From Nitrospinaceae bacterium (GTDB lineage: Bacteria > Nitrospinota > Nitrospinia > Nitrospinales > Nitrospinaceae), in the NCBI GenBank assembly GCA_965237905.1, contig OZ250172.1:2880001-2944000 (forward strand): DNA of 64,000 nt. Reading direction: 5' to 3'. The translations under genes were made by a program, and so were the position numbers. Positions 10,572 through 18,819 of this stretch are shown here, one piece after another; position 1 is the stretch's first letter; the number at the start of each line of letters is the position of its first letter. The notes under the pieces were generated by a model, which made no database searches, was not told the origin of the DNA, and saw only the letters and a list, made by a program, of their open reading frames with translations.

Positions 10572-11013
10572 TTGAGCACCTGAATGGGCGATTTTAATCT
10601 GGTAATTGAATTTAAAAGGATTATTCAGGCACTCTTTTATCACATGGAATTCCAATGTAGCTTTGAGATATATAGGAGGGGAGCTACTGCCAAACTTGGG
10701 CTCTATTTGGTTGATTATTCAGACACTCTCCGGTAAGTAATTAGTTTTATTAGCTTTAGCTGAATAATGGAAATTGCACAAAATCGCTCACTTTAGCCCT
10801 TTATAATCAAAAGACTTAAAATTTGGGCGGTTAAATGGGTGGGGTGGCTAAAGGAAAAACAGGGTTGTGGGGTTTTCAGTCACCCGTGAGAGTGAAAGAT
10901 GCCCTGGCTTGCCCTAGTCCCAGGCGGGTTCAATAGCATTTTTTTGGGTGAAGGTGAGAAGCAGACTCAACCTGAACGCTTTTAGAATGACCACTGAAGA
11001 GAAAGGATAACCC

Positions 11014-11049
11014 AAAAAAAAACACCTGACGGCTCAGCCGTCAGGTGTT
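11014..11049 (-). terminator. Intrinsic terminator, cassette 4
   Basis: Perfect CACCTGACGGC/GCCGTCAGGTG stem plus T tract. Confidence 0.85.
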
Positions 11050-11067
11050 GGGATTACATTTTACAGA

Positions 11068-11319
11068 TTAGAAACAGTGGGGATAATCACCCACTAAGCC
11101 AAAGTCCTCGCATGTAGGCTCCGGATCGGGAACATCCGCTTGCTTCCATTTGGCATTACCTTCACCAAGATTAGCCTTTTCCAATCGCATCTCCTCACCA
11201 ACGGAAACCTTCGCGGCTTTTTCGGCTTTGTCAGGGCCTGCGAATACAGGGGACCCAAAAGCCAAGCTTACGACAGCTACCATTATAATTTGAACCAACC
11301 AAAAATTAATTTTCTTCAT
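11068..11319 (-). CDS. Small secreted protein, paralog 4 (core type A)
   Basis: GPDKA..GEEMRLEKANL core as in paralog 1; PTCEDFGLVGDYPHCF. Confidence 0.88.
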   Translation of the reverse strand: MKKINFWLVQIIMVAVVSLAFGSPVFAGPDKAEKAAKVSVGEEMRLEKANLGEGNAKWKQADVPDPEPTCEDFGLVGDYPHCF

Positions 11320-11412
11320 ATTTTTACCTCTCTCTTATTATAGATCTATATATACCCTTTTAGGGATATTATATTATATACCCCAAATAGAGTATCTATA
11401 TGCCATAAATAA

Positions 11413-11429
11413 AGCAGGATGCATGCCAA
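11413..11429 (-). promoter_or_regulatory. Sigma-54 promoter, cassette 4
   Basis: TTGGCATGCATCCTGCT. Confidence 0.85.
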
Positions 11430-11614
11430 CCTGGGTCACGAATAGGTTACATTAGTCAACTATTTGAATTTTAAAGGGTTATCCAGGTATTTTCTTATTC
11501 ATATGGGATTCCAGTATAGCTTTGGAGTGCATCAGAAGGGATTTTTTGCCAAATTTGGGTACTGGTTGGACATTATTTAGACATCCTCCTATAAGTAGCT
11601 AATTTTATTAAGTT

Positions 11615-11627
11615 TAACTTATTGATA
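11615..11627 (-). promoter_or_regulatory. IHF-consensus site upstream of the cassette 4 promoter
   Basis: TATCAATAAGTTA matches WATCAANNNNTTR. Confidence 0.45.
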
Positions 11628-11853
11628 GGAATTGCAAAAATTGTTCACTTTGGCTCCTTATAATCAAAAGACTTAAAGTTTGGGCGCTAAATTTGGGTAA
11701 GGATGGCTAAGGTAAAACAGGGTTGTTGTCTTCGAAGTGACTCGAAGTCCCAGACGGGTTCCAGTAGTATTTCGCTGGATGAAGGCGAGAAGCAGACTCT
11801 CCGGAGGTTTTTAAAATGACCCACTGTGGAATATCCCCTAACGAGCAAATCCC

Positions 11854-11891
11854 AAAAAAAAACGCCTGACGGCTCTCAGCCGTCAGGCGTT
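11854..11891 (-). terminator. Intrinsic terminator, cassette 5
   Basis: CGCCTGACGGC/GCCGTCAGGCG stem plus T tract. Confidence 0.85.
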
Positions 11892-11909
11892 GGAAGTGCA
11901 TTGTGCGGA

Positions 11910-12281
11910 TTAGAAACAATTGGGGTAAGTACCGATTAAGTCAAAGTCCGCGCATGTAAGAACCGGATCGGAAACGGTTGCATCTACATGGTATTTAGCG
12001 TTGTGCTTTTCCTTTTTTGCTTCGTGCTTTGCTTCCCATTTCGAAAATTTTTCCAATTCCTTAGTTTCCTTTTTCATCAGTTTATCGCCATCGTACTTCG
12101 CACGAATTTTTTCAAGCTTTGCTTTGTGCTTATCTTCTTTTTTATCCTTTTTTACTTGCCACTTATCGTGCCATGCGTTGTCATCGAAGTTATGATCTGC
12201 CAATACGGGAGAACCCCCCATAACCAGGCCTACGATAGCTACCATTGCAATTTGAAGCATCCAAAATTTAGCTTTTTTCAT
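11910..12281 (-). CDS. Small secreted Lys-rich protein, paralog 5 (expanded core type B)
   Basis: Signal ending SPVLA; FDDNAWH..HNAKYH core; LTCADFDLIGTYPNCF. Confidence 0.88.
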   Translation of the reverse strand: MKKAKFWMLQIAMVAIVGLVMGGSPVLADHNFDDNAWHDKWQVKKDKKEDKHKAKLEKIRAKYDGDKLMKKETKELEKFSKWEAKHEAKKEKHNAKYHVDATVSDPVLTCADFDLIGTYPNCF

Positions 12282-12352
12282 CTTGTCACCTCTCTTGTGA
12301 ATGACTATAGATCTATATATACCCCTAAAAGGGTATTAATTATCATAAATGA

Positions 12353-12369
12353 AGCAGGATGCATGCCAA
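12353..12369 (-). promoter_or_regulatory. Sigma-54 promoter, cassette 5
   Basis: TTGGCATGCATCCTGCT. Confidence 0.85.
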
Positions 12370-12698
12370 TTGAGTAGCTAAATGATCAATTTTAATAGGG
12401 TATCTGAATTTAAAGAGATTATTCGGACATTTTTTTGTTCACATGGAGTTCTAGTGGACACATCGGAGGGGATTTTCTGCCATATTTAAGCTTGGTTGAT
12501 TGATTATTTAGACAGCCTCATGTAGGCAATTGGTTTTATTATTTTTAACTCAGTGATGGGAATTGCAAAAATTGTTCACTTTGGCTCCTTATAATCAAAA
12601 GGCCTGTAATTTGGGAGGGTAAATTTGGGTAAGGATGCTTGAGTTAAAACAGAGTCGTGGTCTTCGCAGTCACTCAAAGGGAACATAGGGGTGTACGG

Positions 12699-14729
12699 CT
12701 ATATCATGGGCAGAGAGACGGTAAAGGAGGTGCCTTTTCCACATTGGGAATCCACTTCGATGATTCCTCCGTGAGTTTGAACGATGCCATGGGTGACCCA
12801 TAGTCCCAGGCCGGTTCCCTCCGCCTTGGATTTGGTGGTAAAAAAGGGCTCAAAGATATTCTTTCGGATTTTTTCTGTCATTCCGATTCCATTATCCTGA
12901 ACCGTGAAATATAAATGGGAGTTCTGATGGTGCGTGCTCAAGCTGATTTCTCCCCCCGTTTCGGGAATGGCATCCATCGCATTTTGAAACAGATTCAGGG
13001 CGACTTGCCTGATCTGGTCCGGAAACGCCGATACTTCCGGAAGCACGTCGCTGTAATGGGTTTTGAGGTGGATGTTTCGGTCCGCCAATTCCTTCTGAGC
13101 CAATAAAACAATTTCCTCCAGGACGTGATTGATCTGTACCGGTTCTTTATTTTCCCGGGTGGGACTGAAGAAGTTATTGAGCCGGCGAGTCAGTTTAGCG
13201 ATCCGGTCGGTTTCGCTGATGGCCATGTCTATAAAACGTTCATCCGCTTCCTTCAGAGGAACACACATTTTAGTTCGTTCCAGAACGTTACGGATACCAA
13301 AGAGAGGATTGTTGATTTCATGGGCAATCGAGGCAGAGAGTTTGCCGATAGAAGACAGCTTTTCCGCATGTAACAGTTGTTCCTGATAGATTTTCAGTTT
13401 CTCCTCGGCCTGTTTTCTCTCCGTTATATCTTGAACAATTCCTCTTAATTTCTGTGGCTTTCCTTGTTCGTTATAGAAAGTTTTGCATTCTTGATGGACT
13501 GTTCGAAGGGTTCCATCGGGCAACACGATTCGATGATCTATGCTGTAGTTCTCTTTATTTTCCAGGATTTCTTTGTTGGTGTTATCGACGAATTCGCGGT
13601 CTTCCGGATGAACCGTATTTAAAAATGCCTGGTAGGAGGCATTGAATTCTTTGGGGCGAAGGCCGAAGATCCGGTAGACTTCATCGGACCACCATAATTC
13701 GTCTGTTTCAATATCGTAAACCCAGTTCCCCATTTTCCCGATTCTCTGTGCGATGGAAAGTTCGCGTTCGCTGTGTCTTAATGCTTCCTCTACTGTTTTG
13801 CGTTCGGTGATGTCCTGGACAATTCCGCGGGCTTTCAGGGGGTTGTCCAGGTCATCCAGAAAGACTCTCGATTCTTCATAAATGATTCTCTCCGTGTCGT
13901 CGGGTAATGGAATCCGGTATTCAACCTGGTGTCCTCTACCGGTGCGGAAGGATTCCTGATGAGACGCATCCACTCTCTGGCGATCGTCGGGATGGATTAA
14001 TTTTAGAAAAGCCTTATAGGTTCCTTGAAATGTTTGTGGACTGGTTTCGAAAATCTGATGCGTTTCATTGGACATTCTGATTTCATGGGTGCTCATGTTA
14101 TAAACCCAGCTGCCCAACCGCGCTATTTTCTGGGCCAGCGCCATATCCCATTCGCTTTGAATGAGTTCCTTTTCGACCATTTTTTGCTGGGTGATATCTC
14201 TCCCGGACAATAGAATTCCCTTGGTCGAACCTTCCGTGTTCTTTAAAGCGAGACCTTCCCATTCGATGAGGTGTTCTTCCTCTTTTTTATTGATGGTGGG
14301 TATGACGATGTAACCGATAGAGTCTTCCTCTCCGGAAAACAATTTTTGGAGTGATTGCAAGGCGCTCGTCCGCATGGAAGGGGTCACAAAACGTTCGAAC
14401 CAGTTTTCTCCGATTATTTTTTTATGAGGATATCCTAAAGCTTTGCAACCGGCTTTGTTGATGGTTTGGATTTTATGATCTTTCCCCAGGCTGATAATAA
14501 TATCGTTAGAGAGATGAATGATGTTTTCAATGTTGGTGCCTGTGAAATCCCGGGTAATTATCTTCAGAGGAGAAATGATCTGCGAGGAGATTTCAGCCGT
14601 TGTTTTACTTTTCTTTGCGGGTTCCGAGGAATTGTTTTTGGACGGGGAATGAGTGGCGGTGCCACGTTTGGACGGTTTTTGTCTTTTGGTAGCAGGCTTT
14701 TTCATAGAGGTGGAAACCGGTTTTACCAA
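12699..14729 (-). CDS. Cytoplasmic multi-PAS histidine kinase (NtrB-like); start uncertain (14729 or 14705)
   Basis: Three PAS/PAC domains, IAHEINNPL H-box, NAMDA, DNGIG, PFFTTK, GTGLGL. Confidence 0.93.
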   Translation of the reverse strand: MVKPVSTSMKKPATKRQKPSKRGTATHSPSKNNSSEPAKKSKTTAEISSQIISPLKIITRDFTGTNIENIIHLSNDIIISLGKDHKIQTINKAGCKALGYPHKKIIGENWFERFVTPSMRTSALQSLQKLFSGEEDSIGYIVIPTINKKEEEHLIEWEGLALKNTEGSTKGILLSGRDITQQKMVEKELIQSEWDMALAQKIARLGSWVYNMSTHEIRMSNETHQIFETSPQTFQGTYKAFLKLIHPDDRQRVDASHQESFRTGRGHQVEYRIPLPDDTERIIYEESRVFLDDLDNPLKARGIVQDITERKTVEEALRHSERELSIAQRIGKMGNWVYDIETDELWWSDEVYRIFGLRPKEFNASYQAFLNTVHPEDREFVDNTNKEILENKENYSIDHRIVLPDGTLRTVHQECKTFYNEQGKPQKLRGIVQDITERKQAEEKLKIYQEQLLHAEKLSSIGKLSASIAHEINNPLFGIRNVLERTKMCVPLKEADERFIDMAISETDRIAKLTRRLNNFFSPTRENKEPVQINHVLEEIVLLAQKELADRNIHLKTHYSDVLPEVSAFPDQIRQVALNLFQNAMDAIPETGGEISLSTHHQNSHLYFTVQDNGIGMTEKIRKNIFEPFFTTKSKAEGTGLGLWVTHGIVQTHGGIIEVDSQCGKGTSFTVSLPMI

Positions 14730-14867
14730 AAGGGTTGAAGCGGGCCATTAGGTTTCCGCTCAAACACCTGATTTTAAGAATTTTAGGGCTTTTTATTATT
14801 ATGCCTCTCTTATCCCGTTCGGACAATAATTTTTAGCGAACGAATGTCTCTCAAGAGTGTATATCCC

Positions 14868-15686
14868 TCATTTCTTTAACAAAAAACTGAATCCCAGGAT
14901 TGCTATAAATGTGATACCGAAAGCACACACCAGGGTTGAACCTGTCGGCAAATCAAAAATAAAGGAAAGACCCAATCCGGCCCAACTGACCAGGATAGCC
15001 ATGAGAGTCCCTACCCAGAGTTGTTTTCCCAGGGAATCATACAATTGGATGGCACAGGCGGCGGGGATGATCAGCAGAGTGAAAATGAGGAAAATACCCG
15101 CTGTTTGAATGCACGCCACAATAGCCAGCCCCAACATCAGATAAAAAACGAAATCCCAAAGCCCTCTTTTTTGGGTATAAGGCTCCGGCGAGTTCGCCTG
15201 ATCCGTGCATTGGATAAACGGTTTTCGGATCGCCCACAGGAAACCTGCGAGGATGGTAAAGGCTGTCAAGAGTTGCAGGACCCCTCCCCATGAAATCCAT
15301 AAAATGGATCCATTCAAAGTATGTTGGATATGTTCGGCCGCACGGGGAGAGCGGTCGGCAATGATCACGGCCAATGAGGCGGCGACCACGTAAACGATGC
15401 CAATCACCCCTTCCTGAGATATCCGGGGTGCCATAAATCGTACAAGGGTGAAGAATGAGGCTCCTATGAAAACAAACCCAATGGAAACCAGAATTGTTCC
15501 GAAAGAATGCTCCTCCAGGTTCAGGGCGAAAGCCACCGTGGTGCCCAGTGCGGCCAGTTGCGCCATGGACAGATCGATAAAAACTATGCCGCGTTTCAGA
15601 ACGTGGATGCCGAAGTAGGTGAAGATGAATGACATCACCATGCATCCCAGCGCCGGAGCGGCCATGAATGTTATAAAATCACTCAT
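14868..15686 (-). CDS. Metal (Zn/Mn) ABC transporter permease, ABC-3 family
   Basis: GIHVLKRGIVFIDLSMAQLAALG; multiple TM helices; start MSDF overlaps the stop of the binding-protein gene. Confidence 0.85.
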   Translation of the reverse strand: MSDFITFMAAPALGCMVMSFIFTYFGIHVLKRGIVFIDLSMAQLAALGTTVAFALNLEEHSFGTILVSIGFVFIGASFFTLVRFMAPRISQEGVIGIVYVVAASLAVIIADRSPRAAEHIQHTLNGSILWISWGGVLQLLTAFTILAGFLWAIRKPFIQCTDQANSPEPYTQKRGLWDFVFYLMLGLAIVACIQTAGIFLIFTLLIIPAACAIQLYDSLGKQLWVGTLMAILVSWAGLGLSFIFDLPTGSTLVCAFGITFIAILGFSFLLKK

Positions 15687-16629
15687 TCTCTGAAAGTGCC
15701 TCAGTGATTTGATTGACGAGGGTATCAAACAGCCCAATGGTATCGTGGGCTTCGGGTACGCCACCGACGCCCGGAGGCAAGGTCAGGACCCGTGCGCCGG
15801 TTTTGCCGGCCAGCAGATTGGAGAATTTATCCTGATAGTAATTGGCTTGCAGAATCAGGCTGACATTTTTCTGCCTCATCCTTTGCGCCAGGCCGGACAG
15901 ATGGCTGGGGGAGGGTTGAATGCCGGGTTTCGGTTCCACCGTCCCAATGCGGGTCAATTGGAAGTACCGGAGAAAATAGCTCCAGGTGCGGTGATACGTC
16001 ACCACCGGAGTGTTGGCAAACGGCTCCATTTGCTTTTTCCATTCATTTAATTTTAATTCATATTTTTTCAAAAACTGTTTTCTGTTGGCTTTGATCTGTG
16101 ACGAGTGCGCCGGCAACATTTTGGAAAGATGATCGGCGATTAAATAGACAATCGGTTTTATATTGCCCGGATCCAATGTGTAATGCGGGTTGCCGAAGGG
16201 ATGCACGTCACCCATGGAACGGTCCAGTTTGCCCTGCGGAATTTCGATCGGGTCGATCGCCAAAGAGAGATCGAGATGCCCCGGTTTGCCCAACTGAATG
16301 TCCGGATTGCGCGCGCCTCGCAGTAATAGGGGAAGCCAACCCACCTCCAGTTCCAATCCTTGATAGATAAGGAGGTTGGCTTGGTGCATCTTCAGCATCA
16401 GGCTCGGTTTGGCCTGCACAAAATGCGTGTCCTGATAACCCCGCGTCAGGCTTTCCACTTCGACCAGGTCCTGGCCCACCGCTTGGACGAGCGAGGCAAT
16501 ATCCTGCGTGGTGGTGACAACTTTGAGTTGGGCGTTGGCTTCGCCCTTGAAGGTCAGGAGTAACAGCAGGGCTGAGAGCCAGAGGAACGTTGGCTTTATT
16601 TTCTGATTCCAAAATTCCATCGTCATCAA
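15679..16629 (-). CDS. Metal ABC transporter substrate-binding protein (ZnuA/TroA family)
   Basis: Signal peptide, VVTTT, QDTHF, GDVHPFGNPHY, TYH, PSPSHL. Confidence 0.9.
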   Translation of the reverse strand: MMTMEFWNQKIKPTFLWLSALLLLLTFKGEANAQLKVVTTTQDIASLVQAVGQDLVEVESLTRGYQDTHFVQAKPSLMLKMHQANLLIYQGLELEVGWLPLLLRGARNPDIQLGKPGHLDLSLAIDPIEIPQGKLDRSMGDVHPFGNPHYTLDPGNIKPIVYLIADHLSKMLPAHSSQIKANRKQFLKKYELKLNEWKKQMEPFANTPVVTYHRTWSYFLRYFQLTRIGTVEPKPGIQPSPSHLSGLAQRMRQKNVSLILQANYYQDKFSNLLAGKTGARVLTLPPGVGGVPEAHDTIGLFDTLVNQITEALSENE

Positions 16630-17924
16630 TACCGGTGCGCGGGATGCGATCCCAGCGAGAAGTTCAATTGAAGCAGGACCTGATGCTCGTTGGAGATGTC
16701 TTCGTCAATATAATTGTATTGGAGCCGAATGGCTGAAAATTCGCTGGGCACATATCCCAGCAATGCGGTGTATCTTTGTTGATCGTTGGCGGCATCCGGC
16801 TGGTGGAATCCGAAATAACCATAGCGGGCCTGCACCCACCATTGCTCGGCGAATTGATATTGAACATAGGAATACATGCCGCCTTTGTTGTCGTCGGGAT
16901 TGTCCAGTCCCGATAAGGCATTGACCCCGGTTTCTTTCCATGCCCCGATATATTCCGACTGCCAGACCAATGTTTTGTAGCGGGCCTGCCGGGCCGGTTT
17001 CCATTTCAGGGTGAGGTTGGCCCCGGCGACTTGGGTGGTTCGGTTGCGATTTCCCAAAGCGGATCCCGTGCCGTTTCTACCCGTTGAAAAAGATCCTCCA
17101 ACTTCCAGGGTGGTGTCCTCATTCAGGTCCCACAGATTGCGCGAATGAAAGATGTAGGCGAAGTCATCATTGAGCGGCGCGTCGAACAGATTGACATTGT
17201 CGCCTTCCACAAATTCAAAAATCCATTCCGAATACCAGGGCAGGGGCATCAGGTAACTGAAGCCTGCGCCAACTTCCAAGAATGCTTCCTTGCCAAAAAT
17301 TTCTTTGTTGACCAACGGGACATCAATAAAAGGAAATTGATGAGTGTGCAGAAGATTGTGCTTTCCCAAATGGGTGTAGAACTGGCCGGCTCTTAAGGCG
17401 AGGCGGTCGAACAGTAACAGGTCGACAAAGCTTTCCTCAATTTCCACTTCGTCATCTTCAAACGAAATACGAAAATTGGCGCGGAGGTAGGTATCCACAT
17501 TGGCGGTAAACTGCACCTCCATTTCCTGGATGTCCAGCCCCGTTTTGACGTCGGCGTTGGGATTATTGTTTTCAATCGAACGATAGGTACCGAGAAACAG
17601 TCCATTGACACTGATCGCCGGGTTGAATGTCCGACTGAGACCCGTGGAAGTAGCAAACGCCGAATCGGCCGAGCTTCCCGTGACGCGGGGCATGCGCGGA
17701 AAAGGAACCGAAACCGGCCCCTCTTTCTTCATGGGATCGGAAGCGGATTCGGACTCCGGCGCTGTGGGTACGCTCTGCCCCTTCTCTATCCTTTGTATTC
17801 TTCTTTCCAGGCGCTTGATCTGCTCCTGGAGCTCATAAATGTCCTCTTTGGCCTCCTGCGCGCAGGTATGGGTTGCGCTTGCAAGGCATACCAAAATGAA
17901 AAGGACAATGCCAGACCATTTCAT
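16626..17924 (-). CDS. Outer-membrane beta-barrel protein of the metal uptake operon
   Basis: GGAGG RBS, signal peptide, N-terminal coiled coil, beta-strand pattern, His motifs HNLLHTHQF and terminal GSHPAHRY. Confidence 0.72.
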   Translation of the reverse strand: MKWSGIVLFILVCLASATHTCAQEAKEDIYELQEQIKRLERRIQRIEKGQSVPTAPESESASDPMKKEGPVSVPFPRMPRVTGSSADSAFATSTGLSRTFNPAISVNGLFLGTYRSIENNNPNADVKTGLDIQEMEVQFTANVDTYLRANFRISFEDDEVEIEESFVDLLLFDRLALRAGQFYTHLGKHNLLHTHQFPFIDVPLVNKEIFGKEAFLEVGAGFSYLMPLPWYSEWIFEFVEGDNVNLFDAPLNDDFAYIFHSRNLWDLNEDTTLEVGGSFSTGRNGTGSALGNRNRTTQVAGANLTLKWKPARQARYKTLVWQSEYIGAWKETGVNALSGLDNPDDNKGGMYSYVQYQFAEQWWVQARYGYFGFHQPDAANDQQRYTALLGYVPSEFSAIRLQYNYIDEDISNEHQVLLQLNFSLGSHPAHRY

Positions 17925-18078
17925 GGGTCCTCCAGACAAAATTGGTTTCAATATTTAATTGAAGTTATTTGAATTTGTGAATTCGAGTAACGAAATTCAC
18001 AGCAAATTTAATATCTTCCTCTGGTTATTGAAAATGTGGGTACCATTAGCCAGGGGAAAATTTTGAAATTCAAATGAG

Positions 18079-18381
18079 TTAACTGGAAAGAGAGGGAGGA
18101 CTGCGTCCAAAATAGGGCGAAATGATTTTTTGAAAGGTGATGCGTTCCGATACAGGCGGAGAGACGACCGTCAGCCATGATTCGACGGTCAAGTCCGGCA
18201 CATCCATATCGAGGCTGACTGAAGTTTGGGTCCAGTGGCAGGGGGCGCAATCTTCGTCGGTCGTAAAATGATCGAACTCGTGGTCGTGCAGGAAGGTAGA
18301 AAACGCAGCCATAATGCTGAAGCTGATTAATATGAAACCAGCGAAAGTGAAGCGGCGCTTTTTATTTTTAAACAAACTCAT
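18079..18381 (-). CDS. DUF2946-like leader protein with His/CxxC site and C-terminal RSPP motif
   Basis: TM/signal segment, HDHEFDH..CAPCH, ends GRSPPSLSS; first gene upstream of the metal uptake genes. Confidence 0.72.
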   Translation of the reverse strand: MSLFKNKKRRFTFAGFILISFSIMAAFSTFLHDHEFDHFTTDEDCAPCHWTQTSVSLDMDVPDLTVESWLTVVSPPVSERITFQKIISPYFGRSPPSLSS

Positions 18382-18618
18382 ATCAGGTTTAATGAGAAAC
18401 AGGTCGGATGGCTGTCTGGAGAATCCCAAACCGCCGTTAATATCAGCTTTAGATGGTATGAGATTATTTAGGATTTGTAAATGTAGAAGATTTTTTGGAA
18501 GAAGGAGAAGAGGGTAGGAGCCTCCTCCCTAAAAGGGAGGAGGATTGACTGGCTTATCCCAGAGGGGAGGTGAAGATCCGTCCTTGGCCAGGGGCTTCAG
18601 AAGAGGAGGTAAATAGAT

Positions 18619-18819
18619 CTAATCTTCGGAAAAATTGTTATCGTCCAATTCCCACCCCAATTTTTGTCGATCCTTTTTTGAGAGGCCTGGAACTGTGATT
18701 TGAATATTTTTACGAGCCGGGTCGAAAACCTTACTCCAGTAGTTTTGACTCAAAGATTTTGAAGTGATTTCTTTTTTTAATTTGCCTCTTTTATTGAATA
18801 TACGTACTGGGTAAAACAT
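18619..18819 (-). CDS. Small hypothetical protein
   Basis: GGGAGGG RBS, ATG start, 66 aa; downstream CCTCCTCCC/GGGAGGAGG hairpin at 18521-18543. Confidence 0.6.
   Translation of the reverse strand: MFYPVRIFNKRGKLKKEITSKSLSQNYWSKVFDPARKNIQITVPGLSKKDRQKLGWELDDNNFSED

Noticed and set aside
8360..12281. Paralogs read as RiPP precursors
   Set aside because: They have Sec-type signals rather than leader peptides, and no modifying enzyme or peptidase-transporter is adjacent. Action in trans is not excluded.
8300..12700. Array read as CRISPR, integron cassettes or IS copies
   Set aside because: Units are ~0.9 kb paralogous genes with their own promoters. There are no short repeat-spacer units, attC structure, integrase, transposase or terminal inverted repeats.
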